DNA from: a virus
Taxonomy: Duplodnaviria; Caudoviricetes
Reading direction: 5' to 3' (one strand)
IMG/VR virus record: IMGVR_UViG_3300013212_000088
Location: 64,001-128,000 of that record
DNA length: 64,000 bases
Part shown: piece by piece, positions 34,812-45,800 of the stretch
Layout: each line of letters starts with the position of its first letter
How positions within the stretch are numbered: position 1 is the first letter of the stretch
Notes under the pieces: generated by a model
Database searches by the model: none
What the model was told of the DNA's origin: nothing
The model's input: the letters and a program-made list of their open reading frames with translations, nothing else
Made by a program: the position numbers and the translations under genes

Positions 34812-37727
34812 TTATCTATTTTGATTATACTTAATAGAGCTGTATTGACCACTTAAATAAAATGCATTATCAAAGCTTTTAGCAGTAAGTGCTCTTACAA
34901 TTCCTAAGATATCTCCAGTATTGGTTTGAATCTTTCTTTCAAATGAAGAGTTCTCTTGAATCCAGATTTCTTTGTCTGGCGAATAAGAGAAAATCTTTAT
35001 TTGTCTATCGTCTGGATTATCTGAAAATCTGTTAGTATTTAGACCATCACAAATAGCATATAAAGTGCCATTATGAAAAGTTAAAATCCTAGTTCCACCA
35101 GCAGAAGGGAATCTCCATGAATTGTGAAGATTCAATACTTTTTTACTGTTTGGATTGTAAGTACCACCTGCTATAAATCTTAGTTGAGTGTATCCAAACA
35201 AAGAATCATCATCAGTAGGAGTTAGTTTACCAATTTTAATTTTTGGTCTATCGTAATCAGAAATAGAAGTTTTAAAAGTATCAGCTACAATAAAGTTTTT
35301 GTAATCTAAAATAGGATAATCTTGATTTCCAGCCCAAACTTGAATATCTTTATCTTGAACTGTTATTCTCACTTTGGATGGGAATAAATTAATATCAAAG
35401 AAACTATCTTTATTTATAATCTGAACATAGTCTATATATGCATTTGTAGGTCTAGAACTATCTTCTGACAATCCATTGAACTCTATAGCAATTTGACTAA
35501 TAGATCCATGCCATGCTGGGCTTATTTCATACAAAACATAATCACTTGAGTTTTTAATATCAACGCCAGACCAATTTTCGAACTGCTGATTCTTGTAACT
35601 CCATGACAGTCTTATTTGACCCTTAGAAATTGTATATCCAGATTGTGCATTGATTTTGAGTTTAACAAAGACTTTAGTATTTGAGTTTACTTCAACATTT
35701 ACAGAACTATTTAAAATATAAGGATTGCCTGTTGCTCCCAATGTTTCTAAGAATAATACTTGAGTTTTCTTAGCAACATTGTCAACAGTATATTCATCTT
35801 GTTCTACCACTGATAAAGTTTCAATTAAACCGCCAATTTCCCAATCTGATGTTGTTCTTGCATCATAAAAGTTCCAGTTTTTAAGAAATCCAAAACGTGG
35901 CAAATCTATGATGGCTTGACTGTTTCCACTTGATAATTTAATTTTTTGGAAATTAAACTCTAATTTATATTGTCTGTAACCATCAGAAACTTCTATTCCC
36001 TGATAGCCTTGCTTAATATTTTCAAGCAAATCAACATATGAATTATTTGCAAAATTATTACTAAAACCTATCCAATAAGGTTCAGCATCTTCATTTGAAT
36101 ATTTTTTATAGCCAGCATTAAATAAATCTAATTCTATTGTGTGCTGTGGTTTGTAAAAATTAAAATTACCAAGATAAACATCATTTGTATCAATAAGGTA
36201 TCTGGTATTAGAATTAATGCTTCCATTTTTAATAATGAATCCAACTCTGACAGAAGAAGCAGTGTTAAATGAAGCTCTTACTAAATTATAACTTCCACCA
36301 GAAAAGGCTACTTTATATATTCCATTCTGTGATTCTGTAGTTTGATCTTTAAGTAAGACTGTTGAATTGATAGCTGTTTGGAATCCATCAATTATAGGAA
36401 GGATAGTATTAGTCAAACTAACATTTTCAGTTGATGCGCAGTCAACTTCATTAAAAGCTAATTGCGTAGATGTTTTATCAAGGACCTGTTCCCAATCTGA
36501 ACCTGTTGTAAACTCAAATGCAGTTTCAGCATTTGCAACACCAGTAACAAGCATCAAATCTTTTACTTTACTTGGATTAGAAAGATCATATAGAAACTGA
36601 TGATTTACGTTTGAGTGAAATCTTGAATTAGTTACGCCGCCTTGAGTATAAAATTGCGCTGGTGAAGGGTCATCAATAAAACTTCTATCAAAAATCTGTG
36701 TACCCCATTCTTCGTCATTTAAAGGGTTGTTAATTTTGACTTCTGAATACGACCAAATTTCTGGGCGATTAGAAATACCAGCAAACAATTGATTATGACC
36801 CACTTCAAAACATTGTATATCGAATGTCTCTCTGTCGTAATCTTCAATGTTGTCTGGAATTAAAATATAAATCTCAGTGGATTCAGTTTCAATTATTACC
36901 TGTTCATTTGCATCAGAAAGGAAAGAATCAGGAGGATTTAATTTACTTTCTGGGATTCTTGAATATATTCCAAATTGATTATTCTTCATACCCAAAAAGA
37001 GTTTATTAAAAGCTGAAGCCATGCAATTTACGCCTGGATTAGAAAGATCTCCAACTGCTTCCCAGGTATTGCCATATTGTGCTTCTGCTAATTCTGCTCT
37101 AAAAAGGCTTGTGTCATCACTACTTCCAGCATACAAATATGGAATTGTTTCATGAGCAAATTGATGTATGCATAAAGCTGATACTGGTTTTAATACACCT
37201 GAATTGGCAAATTGATATACTTCTTTAATTCTAATTCCATCATAAAACCAAATCTTTCCAGACACACCACCTAAAAATAAACCTTCGTCGCTGCTTACTA
37301 CAGACAAGATTGCTCTTTCATTTTGGTAAGTAAAATCAATTAAAAATTGAGGTCTTTCTTGATTTCTTTTCCAAATTGATGCAACATTTTTTACGACCTT
37401 AACAGATACTGAAGTGGCGCTTGTTACTGGGTAATCTGGATCAAAAATTAATAAGTTGTTAGCTTCATCAATACCAAAAGCATTATTATTAGGTGCGCCA
37501 GTAATTGTTATAGTATCTGAAGAACTTAAAACAATTCTTCTACCTATTGAACCTGTATCTTGTGAAATTAAATAATATGCAGTATTGTCATCATAGTCAG
37601 TGTTTTGAGAATTAAGTAGAGTAGCATAATTATATGTAGTCTGAGTGATTCCCATCATATACAACCATGATTTAGAATCAAACTTACTTTGCCAAACTAT
37701 GCTTTGATTAAATATTGTGCTACTCAT
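34812..37727 (-). CDS. Large tail/baseplate protein with beta-propeller and fibre module
   Basis: GLFLGG..GKIW, YLYAGS, KLFLGM and QLFAG repeats; CASTENV..IIDG...VLLKDQ...QNGIY module. Confidence 0.65.
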   Translation of the reverse strand: MSSTIFNQSIVWQSKFDSKSWLYMMGITQTTYNYATLLNSQNTDYDDNTAYYLISQDTGSIGRRIVLSSSDTITITGAPNNNAFGIDEANNLLIFDPDYPVTSATSVSVKVVKNVASIWKRNQERPQFLIDFTYQNERAILSVVSSDEGLFLGGVSGKIWFYDGIRIKEVYQFANSGVLKPVSALCIHQFAHETIPYLYAGSSDDTSLFRAELAEAQYGNTWEAVGDLSNPGVNCMASAFNKLFLGMKNNQFGIYSRIPESKLNPPDSFLSDANEQVIIETESTEIYILIPDNIEDYDRETFDIQCFEVGHNQLFAGISNRPEIWSYSEVKINNPLNDEEWGTQIFDRSFIDDPSPAQFYTQGGVTNSRFHSNVNHQFLYDLSNPSKVKDLMLVTGVANAETAFEFTTGSDWEQVLDKTSTQLAFNEVDCASTENVSLTNTILPIIDGFQTAINSTVLLKDQTTESQNGIYKVAFSGGSYNLVRASFNTASSVRVGFIIKNGSINSNTRYLIDTNDVYLGNFNFYKPQHTIELDLFNAGYKKYSNEDAEPYWIGFSNNFANNSYVDLLENIKQGYQGIEVSDGYRQYKLEFNFQKIKLSSGNSQAIIDLPRFGFLKNWNFYDARTTSDWEIGGLIETLSVVEQDEYTVDNVAKKTQVLFLETLGATGNPYILNSSVNVEVNSNTKVFVKLKINAQSGYTISKGQIRLSWSYKNQQFENWSGVDIKNSSDYVLYEISPAWHGSISQIAIEFNGLSEDSSRPTNAYIDYVQIINKDSFFDINLFPSKVRITVQDKDIQVWAGNQDYPILDYKNFIVADTFKTSISDYDRPKIKIGKLTPTDDDSLFGYTQLRFIAGGTYNPNSKKVLNLHNSWRFPSAGGTRILTFHNGTLYAICDGLNTNRFSDNPDDRQIKIFSYSPDKEIWIQENSSFERKIQTNTGDILGIVRALTAKSFDNAFYLSGQYSSIKYNQNR

Positions 37728-37738
37728 TTACAGTCTCA

Positions 37739-40700
37739 TTACTTTTTAATTTTAATTATTTTATTCCACTTTACTTCAGGTTGTGTTATATTGTTGCCAT
37801 AGTCTCTAAAAGCTATTTCAACTTTCTTAACACCATCTGATTCATTGGTAAATAAAACTGGTGCATATGAATTGTACATTTGCCAATTTGACCAGGTGGA
37901 AGGACCATCATTATAGACTCTTCTAATTTTGAAGTCTTTGATACCAGAAACTGTGTCTGTTCCATTAACTTTTAACCATGAGTTTACTTTATTTGTTAAT
38001 GTAACTTTGTTATTAGTCTCTAAATTGTAAAACTCTATTGTTCCAAAAGGAGACTCTGTGTCAACTGCTGCAATCGCTTGTGCAACAAACGTATATGGAT
38101 ATGATTCAGATATATTTCCAGCAAAGTCCATTAATTGAACCCATACTTTACGAGCTCCTGCATATCCAATGTTTTGTTGTGCGAAAAGATTATTTGAAGC
38201 ACCGGCATAATCATATCTAGAAGAACCATGGAAGAAAACTGTGTAAAGATTATCCCCTTGATAATTAGTGAAAAGATCCCAGCTCTGCCATGGTTCAAAA
38301 TAAATCAAACCATAATCAGTTTCTTTGGCAAATCTAAACGCTAGAATACCAGAAGCATCATCTATTGCAATAATTTCAAAAGTGGCTGTTCTAACTGTTA
38401 CTTTGTCATGTAAAGAAAGTGTTGGTCTTAAAGCTAAAGAAGAAGTTAAATCAGCTGGACCTTTGATATCAATCTTTACTGGTGATGAAATATTTGATCC
38501 ATCACTTGATAAACCTGAATGTGATATAGCTGATATTCTTGCTTGTTGAATTGATAAATGTGTAGTATTAGATCTTCTTTCTGAATATCTTGCAAATAAT
38601 TTAAACCACAAATCAGACGCAAGATTCCAACCAGCATATTTTCCAGACTCTATCTTGTTACCAGAATCATATTTAATTCCGTTTGCTGTTCCTAAATCAC
38701 ATCCCATTGGAGTGTTAACAGCAAGCCAGATCTTATCCCCTGCATCTAAACTAAGTAAATTGTTAGCAAGAACAAACTGAACTAAATCATTGTTGCTTTT
38801 TAGAGTAGAAATTGACGAAGATATGTTTTCAGAATTTAATGAAATCCAATCAGTCAAAGGGCTATCTGGAACATTATTTGCAGAGTCATTAGAGTAGAAT
38901 CTAATTTTGAACTCATCATAAGGAAAAGATGTTTCAGCAACTGTCCATTTTGATTTTATTTCAAGCAACAAAGGATTCATTGAAGTAGAAATAAAACTTG
39001 AGAAAGATGATATTTCTATATCCTTGAACCAAATTGTGCTGTAAAAATATCTCTTAACCCCTTTTCTCTGGACAAACCAGATAGTATTGGCATTTACTGT
39101 TCCAGAACTTACAGTAATTTTTTGATTATTTACATAAGAATCATAAATTGTAAATGTAGTGTTATTGACTTTTTTGTAAATCTTGTTGTATGAATTGTCT
39201 ACTTGATCTTTAATAATTATCAAATCATTTACATTAAGACTAGCTATAGACACACCATCTATTGAAGTGGTGGTTTTCAGAAATAATGTGCTTCCAACTA
39301 ACAAAAGATCATCAATATTTCCACCAGCTGAAGCACAAGACACTCTTAGGTTTGTAGCATCGCCAGCTTGAGGTGCAGAATAATTAAAACCATCAAAATC
39401 AGTATTGGAACTCATCAAAACTTGTCCCAAATATGGTTTTGATTTACTAGCTCCTTCATTTGCTAACATAAAAGATCTTATGCTTTCGGGCTTATTAAAA
39501 TAATCTTTCTCAATTCCTGGTAATGATCTAAATGTTGCTTCATATATAAAGTTTTCATCAGATGTAAGTCCATAGCCATCTTCTTTAAATCCAAAGCCCA
39601 CATAATATCCTAATCCATTTGCGTTAGGACTGAATTTTTTTGATAACTGAATGTAGCCTTCAATATTAGTCCCTCTTCTCAAACAGACCCATGTTGCATC
39701 AGCTGACTTTCTTTGACTTGTACCAACCAGGCCTTCAGGATTAAAATCTGTTATTTCAATTGTATAGGTATCATTTTCAACACCTGTAAGTGGTTTGTAT
39801 GCCCTTAATACATAACTTGATAAAGAATTATCAGAGTTTCTTTGACTTACATTTACTTCATTCTTGATAGCACTAAATCTAACAACAAGAGTTTCATTAT
39901 TTGTGTAATCTTCTGATAAATTATATTCAGGATCACAATTAATACCTAATACGCTTGCATAATTGAAATCTGTTGGTAAGTTTGTAGCAAAAACAACATA
40001 AAGCTCATCGCAATTATGTTTATAATTTAATGTTATACTAGCTCTGTTTGACAAAGATGGTTTTAAAAATTGAAATTCTTGATAACTTGCAGCAAAAGGA
40101 GTGTCTACAGAAATATCTTGTATTTTTGGGACTGTGATCTTATCAGTGTCATAAGTTAGAATTGTAGTAGATGATTGTTCAAAATAAGATGCTAGTTTCA
40201 TCTCTTCATCAAAATATACATCCCAATTTGAAGTTATAGATGATATTGGAAAGTTTAAACTTGTAAAATCATCATTCTTACAATCACCTAAATCTGCTGC
40301 AATTATGGAAGGCCCGGAGGCAGCAATTATCTCTTGAACTTTAACAGTCACACCAATCGCACTAGAGCCATTGTAAAAAACATTAAACTGAGGATAAAAA
40401 TCAACAACTTGTGGTGGATAAGGTATTAAAGAGCGAGATAAAAGGTAGCTTTTTTTATCCAAATTAGAAACATGAGTAGAACCAATGTTTTCAGTAAAAT
40501 AACTTTCTACTAAGAACTCATTATTTCCCGTGTCTTGTAAATAAGTTTCAAATATTCCGCCATTCAAAATCTTAGGAGTAATATGGGCTGGTAATGTAGT
40601 TCTTTGATATATTGATGATTCACCAATAGATGCAGTCACATCATACATAAAAGATTCTGGAAAGGTCAAATCACTTACATCGAGCCTGGTAACAATTTGG

Positions 40701-41782
40701 TCTTCATCTGTAGCAGATTGTGTCTTAATTACATTGTAAAAAGAAATTGTATATCCATTTCCAGCGTTTGCAGTATTTAAAGTATATTTTGATTGAACAT
40801 AGAATCCATTGTTTGTTGAGTCTAATGTTAAACCAGTGTCACCGTCAAAACACACACCTTTGGTATATGATGAGCCACTTGAATACAATCTAAAATCGGT
40901 GTTGATATCAGCTGTTGATGGAGAATTATAGGTAAATGTAGTTGATGGATTTGGAAGTCTAGTGCCTGAACGTGCAAAACCATATGTTGTAAACGAAAGT
41001 GCAGCTAATGGACCTACAGCTGGAGTGCCTAAAGTTGAATAAAATATGTTTGTATTTCCAATGGCTGAGTTTAAGTTGTATGATCCAGTTAGCTTAGCAA
41101 CTTCAATAATACTGCCAAGGTATGCAGATGGTCCATTTAAATAAGTTTCATTAGCATCTGAAGACCCTTTAAATGTAATCAAAGAATGAGCGCCAGTCCA
41201 TCCACTTTTTAGTGCTGAATATTCAACTTGGGTTGGCGTTGTTGGTAATTGTCCTTCCCAATATATTTGGTCAAAAACTCCACCACCATTAGGATATTCT
41301 GCCTGATCATCTCCAATAGCAAGAACAACTTTCATGTAAACAGTTGAAAGTCCACCATTTGCACTCAATGGCCAGTTATTAATTAAAAAATAACCTGTTC
41401 CTGCTGCTGATGATGTGCTAGAGATTGATGATAATGAAGTATCGTAAAAATATTGTGGATTTAAATTAATTGTGTAATCTAAATCAGGATCGTATTCTGT
41501 TGGGACAGCTGGGAAATTGCTGATTATTAAAGTTGCAGAAGGATCAAACTGTGGATCGTTTGAAATATACAAGTTTTTAATTCTTGTAGGTGTGTAAATA
41601 GTTTGTCTAGTTTCAGCATCCCTTACTTCAAACTTAAATTTTAAAAGATTTCTATTAAGATCTAAATTAGGGTCTTGCGATGATTTCTTATTGACATAGA
41701 TTTTACCTAGCTCAATGAACTCTGAATTGAGTGATTCGCTTCTTAAATTGTCAGGTAAAATAATCTTAGTTGAAAACGCCAT
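37739..41782 (-). CDS. Large virion structural protein with C-terminal Ig-like repeats
   Basis: Two D..SGI....W..W......KVWVQLMDFAGN / KKVEIAFRDYGNN repeats and one TIDG-type module. Confidence 0.65.
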   Translation of the reverse strand: MAFSTKIILPDNLRSESLNSEFIELGKIYVNKKSSQDPNLDLNRNLLKFKFEVRDAETRQTIYTPTRIKNLYISNDPQFDPSATLIISNFPAVPTEYDPDLDYTINLNPQYFYDTSLSSISSTSSAAGTGYFLINNWPLSANGGLSTVYMKVVLAIGDDQAEYPNGGGVFDQIYWEGQLPTTPTQVEYSALKSGWTGAHSLITFKGSSDANETYLNGPSAYLGSIIEVAKLTGSYNLNSAIGNTNIFYSTLGTPAVGPLAALSFTTYGFARSGTRLPNPSTTFTYNSPSTADINTDFRLYSSGSSYTKGVCFDGDTGLTLDSTNNGFYVQSKYTLNTANAGNGYTISFYNVIKTQSATDEDQIVTRLDVSDLTFPESFMYDVTASIGESSIYQRTTLPAHITPKILNGGIFETYLQDTGNNEFLVESYFTENIGSTHVSNLDKKSYLLSRSLIPYPPQVVDFYPQFNVFYNGSSAIGVTVKVQEIIAASGPSIIAADLGDCKNDDFTSLNFPISSITSNWDVYFDEEMKLASYFEQSSTTILTYDTDKITVPKIQDISVDTPFAASYQEFQFLKPSLSNRASITLNYKHNCDELYVVFATNLPTDFNYASVLGINCDPEYNLSEDYTNNETLVVRFSAIKNEVNVSQRNSDNSLSSYVLRAYKPLTGVENDTYTIEITDFNPEGLVGTSQRKSADATWVCLRRGTNIEGYIQLSKKFSPNANGLGYYVGFGFKEDGYGLTSDENFIYEATFRSLPGIEKDYFNKPESIRSFMLANEGASKSKPYLGQVLMSSNTDFDGFNYSAPQAGDATNLRVSCASAGGNIDDLLLVGSTLFLKTTTSIDGVSIASLNVNDLIIIKDQVDNSYNKIYKKVNNTTFTIYDSYVNNQKITVSSGTVNANTIWFVQRKGVKRYFYSTIWFKDIEISSFSSFISTSMNPLLLEIKSKWTVAETSFPYDEFKIRFYSNDSANNVPDSPLTDWISLNSENISSSISTLKSNNDLVQFVLANNLLSLDAGDKIWLAVNTPMGCDLGTANGIKYDSGNKIESGKYAGWNLASDLWFKLFARYSERRSNTTHLSIQQARISAISHSGLSSDGSNISSPVKIDIKGPADLTSSLALRPTLSLHDKVTVRTATFEIIAIDDASGILAFRFAKETDYGLIYFEPWQSWDLFTNYQGDNLYTVFFHGSSRYDYAGASNNLFAQQNIGYAGARKVWVQLMDFAGNISESYPYTFVAQAIAAVDTESPFGTIEFYNLETNNKVTLTNKVNSWLKVNGTDTVSGIKDFKIRRVYNDGPSTWSNWQMYNSYAPVLFTNESDGVKKVEIAFRDYGNNITQPEVKWNKIIKIKK

Positions 41783-41826
41783 TTAGAGCACCATGTTATA
41801 TTTTTTTGGGAGATCTTTAATGAAAT

Positions 41827-41854
41827 TATTCTCGTAAAAGAACTCTTAACCCTT
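41827..41854 (-). promoter_or_regulatory. Phage-specific promoter AAGG-N18-AGAATA
   Basis: Minus strand AAGG gttaagagttcttttacg AGAATA in the only sizeable intergenic gap of the tail block. Confidence 0.65.
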
Positions 41855-41856
41855 GA

Positions 41857-42843
41857 CTAACTTATAAGGAAATCAAATTGTAAAGGTATATCTCTTTGTA
41901 CAGTTACGGGAGAATAGACATCTAAGTACATATATCCATCAACATATTCAACATTGTCTTGTATACCAGATTTGTGAAATATATATTCAGCATAATAAAT
42001 TGAAATGTTTTTGGATGTATCTTTATGAAGCAAAGTCATGGAAATATACTCAGCTGCTTTAACAGTATCTAGCCCATTTGGAAGATAAAGTTTTAATTGG
42101 CATTTAGAAGAAGATCCAATTGTAAGTGTTGACTCTAAAATAGAATTACAAACAATCTTAAAGTAAAGTAGCTTATTCATTTCACCCAGACCAAGGTTGT
42201 ATGCATTCTTTTCAGACTCAGTAAGAAATGTACTGTCTTCTGCTGGAACTGTAGAAATGATAGGTACTCCTTGCCTTATTAGTCTTGGTAATTTAAAAGC
42301 TGGGTCTGCTGAAGATGTAACTGATTTTGAAGAACTATAATAATCAAAAATACCAATTGAAAACTCTGGCTTTCTTACTCCAAAAGGTATAGTAGGTAAA
42401 CCAGAAGGGCTAGTAAAAGCAACTACATCTGGAATATTTAATTTTCTAATTCCTGTATCTTTTGCTTGTAATTTAAGGTTTGCATTATCGTTCAGTAATT
42501 TGACTAAAATTGTGTTATTAGAATTAAACTCAAACTTACCAAAATCAATTGAGAGTTGTAGTTCGTCATCTAAAGTTAAAGTTTTTTCATCAATTTGGTT
42601 AATTTTAACTTCATCAATCTTAATTGCAAAAGAGACGCTATAGGAAGCTTCTTTACTTATTTCAAAAATTAAACTCTCATCAGATTCGATGATTGTAGCT
42701 TTGACATTTTTTCTTACAAAAATTACTGGGTTAAATTGATTTGTATTTTCTATAAAGTTGTCAGGAGCAGAGACGAGCTTTATATCAATCTGCCTGTTGT
42801 TGATTGTGGTTTGTATTGATGGGTTTCTTGCAGATATATTCAT
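41857..42843 (-). CDS. Hypothetical beta-rich protein, probably virion-associated
   Basis: ORF embedded in the tail operon; no family recognised. Confidence 0.65.
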   Translation of the reverse strand: MNISARNPSIQTTINNRQIDIKLVSAPDNFIENTNQFNPVIFVRKNVKATIIESDESLIFEISKEASYSVSFAIKIDEVKINQIDEKTLTLDDELQLSIDFGKFEFNSNNTILVKLLNDNANLKLQAKDTGIRKLNIPDVVAFTSPSGLPTIPFGVRKPEFSIGIFDYYSSSKSVTSSADPAFKLPRLIRQGVPIISTVPAEDSTFLTESEKNAYNLGLGEMNKLLYFKIVCNSILESTLTIGSSSKCQLKLYLPNGLDTVKAAEYISMTLLHKDTSKNISIYYAEYIFHKSGIQDNVEYVDGYMYLDVYSPVTVQRDIPLQFDFLIS

Positions 42844-42847
42844 GTCT

Positions 42848-45800
42848 TTACTCAGCTATCAAAAGATCTCCATTACTTAAAACATTAAGGCCTGTTGGTT
42901 TTGTAAGCAATCCCTTATTATTCCAAGATTTTACAACAGTACCAGAAGTGTTTATTCTTAAAAGCTTGGAGTTTTTACCACTGTTAAATCTATCATCAAC
43001 TAAAACATAATATTCGCCAGATTTTTCACTAGGGAGAGCATAAACGGCATCTCCTTGTAATGTTATGTTGACAATCGGGAAATCATCTGTATTTGTTCTT
43101 CTTATAACCATTAGTTTACCAAGAGCTGTGGATGATTGAGAAGGCAAAGCTATTAAAATATTTCCATTGTTCAATTCATATGCTGAACCTAACAAGTCTG
43201 CATTGAATGGCACTAATGTACTTGGTAAAGTCCAAAGTACACTATTTGCAGTGTCATAGTCAAAAGCAATAACAGAATTAACAAATGGCTGGGCAACAAT
43301 GTATTGATATGATTTATTTACCATTACAGATATTGGATTGAATATATTTGCATAGTAAACCGGACCTGTCAACATATTTAATTCAATCGGAGTTGTTTGA
43401 GCAATAGTTTGACCAGATTTAGGAGGAGCAATTAAAGTTGTGGTTATGCCATCTCCATTATAATCAAATATTTCAGTTATATCCCCATCAGCCATTGCTT
43501 TAAAATCAAAACTCTGGAATCCTGAAAACGTATTCTTTTTAGACATTGAATCAAATATCTCAACCGTTCCTGAAAGATTTGTATTTCCTTTTAATTCAAA
43601 TCTTTTTAAGGAAGGACTGTCTAAAATATCCATAACATTTAAATCAGCTTTAACAGAAAGTGTGTTGGGTTTACCACCATCTCCTAATCCGCTGTTTGTG
43701 TAGCCAGAAGGTGGTCCAACTATAGTTCCTGGAGTTGACGATCCAGTGCCAGAAATGTTGTTTGTATTATCTGAAGATTCACTATCATTTGTTGCAGTTC
43801 CATTTGTTGAAAAAGCACCGGTCAATATAATGACTCTTTTATCAGTAGCAGAAGATAAAAGCTTATTCATTTTTGATGTAAGTTTTATTACGACAGTAGA
43901 TGATTTAAGACTTACTAAAGGTGTTAGTAATTCTACAGATGATACATAAGCGATTTCATTTGCAGATATGTCTAAACCATCATAAATAATTTTAATTTTG
44001 CTAGCATTTAAAATATTGACACATTGTGAAAAAGGAAGATATATAACTGCAACATCAGGATTATAATGAGCAGCCAAAACCATAAAATCTCTTTCAGATA
44101 ATTTAAGTCTCAAATTACCTTGAATTATTTTTTTAACCACTCCAGCTGTGTCAAAGTGGATAATTCTGTCATTGTAAGTATCAGCGTAAATTGCAGACTC
44201 ATCCCATAGTATTCTAAAATCTTTTGGTTTATAAAAGCCATAATTTGAAGATTTGTTGAATATTTGCCAAGGAGTTAAATAAGTTGAAAGACTATTGACA
44301 GCAGTGCTATTGTCATTACCATCTTCATAGGTAGACTTTGTTGTTGTTGAAGCGGTTTGTAATGCAGACAAAGCACTACTTTTTGCTAAGTAAATCCAAT
44401 TACCAACATCTTTTTTATCAAGTGTTAAAACGTTTTTAGTCAAACCGCCTTCAGTATAGTTAGGTCCATATAAGATGTTAAACTTTTGGTATTCACTTTC
44501 AACCCATCCAGATTGGTCGTCTGCTATGTTGTCGTATTTTGTGTTCCAAGTTCTACTTTGAGCACCACCAACTGAAGTGTAATCAATACTTAACTCTTCA
44601 AACTCTGGTGTATTTAAACCCTCGGAATCTGCATAAAGATCAATAACAATGTCTAACCACTTACCAATATTAAACTTTGAACTTGTATATGTACCTGAGC
44701 CTGGAAGAGTAATACTATAAGATGATGGAGGCACAATTTCATATGTCCCACTAATTAATGTAGCCTCTTCAGTAATATTAAGAGCAGTCAAAGAGTTTAA
44801 ATCATCTTCTGTTGCACTGTCAGTTATTCTCGCAGATATAGTATATGAAGTGCCTGCAGGAACAGTTATTTTATATGAATACAAATTAAGAGTGGCTGAT
44901 GTGCTTCCAGTGTCTAGTCTAAATATATATCTTGAACTTTCAGCATACAAATATTCGTTCCACAAAAATAAAGCCGAAAGATTGCCATTTGATTCATTGA
45001 GTCTAGCATCTTGTAAAGTTGTTAAATCATCGCCAGCGTTATCAACAAGTAATTCTGAAGCTGGAGCAATCAATTTTAAAGTTGGAGAAGCGTCACCATT
45101 CCATCTTTCGGTAGATGTGTCATCAGTTTTAATATAAAAAGCAAAACCAACAACATTTACTCTATCAGAAGGTAACTCTATCATTTCTGAAAGATCTACA
45201 TTAACAAATATATCTGTTGCGTAATCATCAGCACCTTTTGTAAAAATCTTTCTTGGAAGTGTTCTTTTAATTTCTAATGTCTGAACAGTTGTATTTGCCC
45301 TATCTTCAATAGTTTCACTAACTAAAGTTCCGTCAGATATTCTATTATCAGTTGGGTCTACTAATAAAACCATATAAATGGAACAAGCAGAATCGGTATC
45401 AGCTAAATTAATTCCTAGGCCAATATTAGTCACATTGCTCCAATCTCTTTTTGTTGCAGGGATTGTAAATAAAGTATATTGAGTGTCAGTATAGGTGTCG
45501 TCTGTGTTTCTTAATTTCTTAGTGTAATAATTCCAACCGTATGCTGTATTTTCAAAATCAGAGCCAGCAGCATTTGATAGTATAGTAAAGTTAATTGGAG
45601 TATCAATTTTAAAAATACCATCAGCATTATCGTCTGTAGTACCTTCAATTTTGATATTTGAGTTTACATACAATTCACCAATGTCTTTGCCATTTATGTA
45701 ATTTAACATTGTGGTAAAGTTATTTTTTGAAGTAAAAAATACATTAAATGCAGTATTTGAATCACTCGATGCAGCTTCTATAAAGTTTACTGCAGTATCG

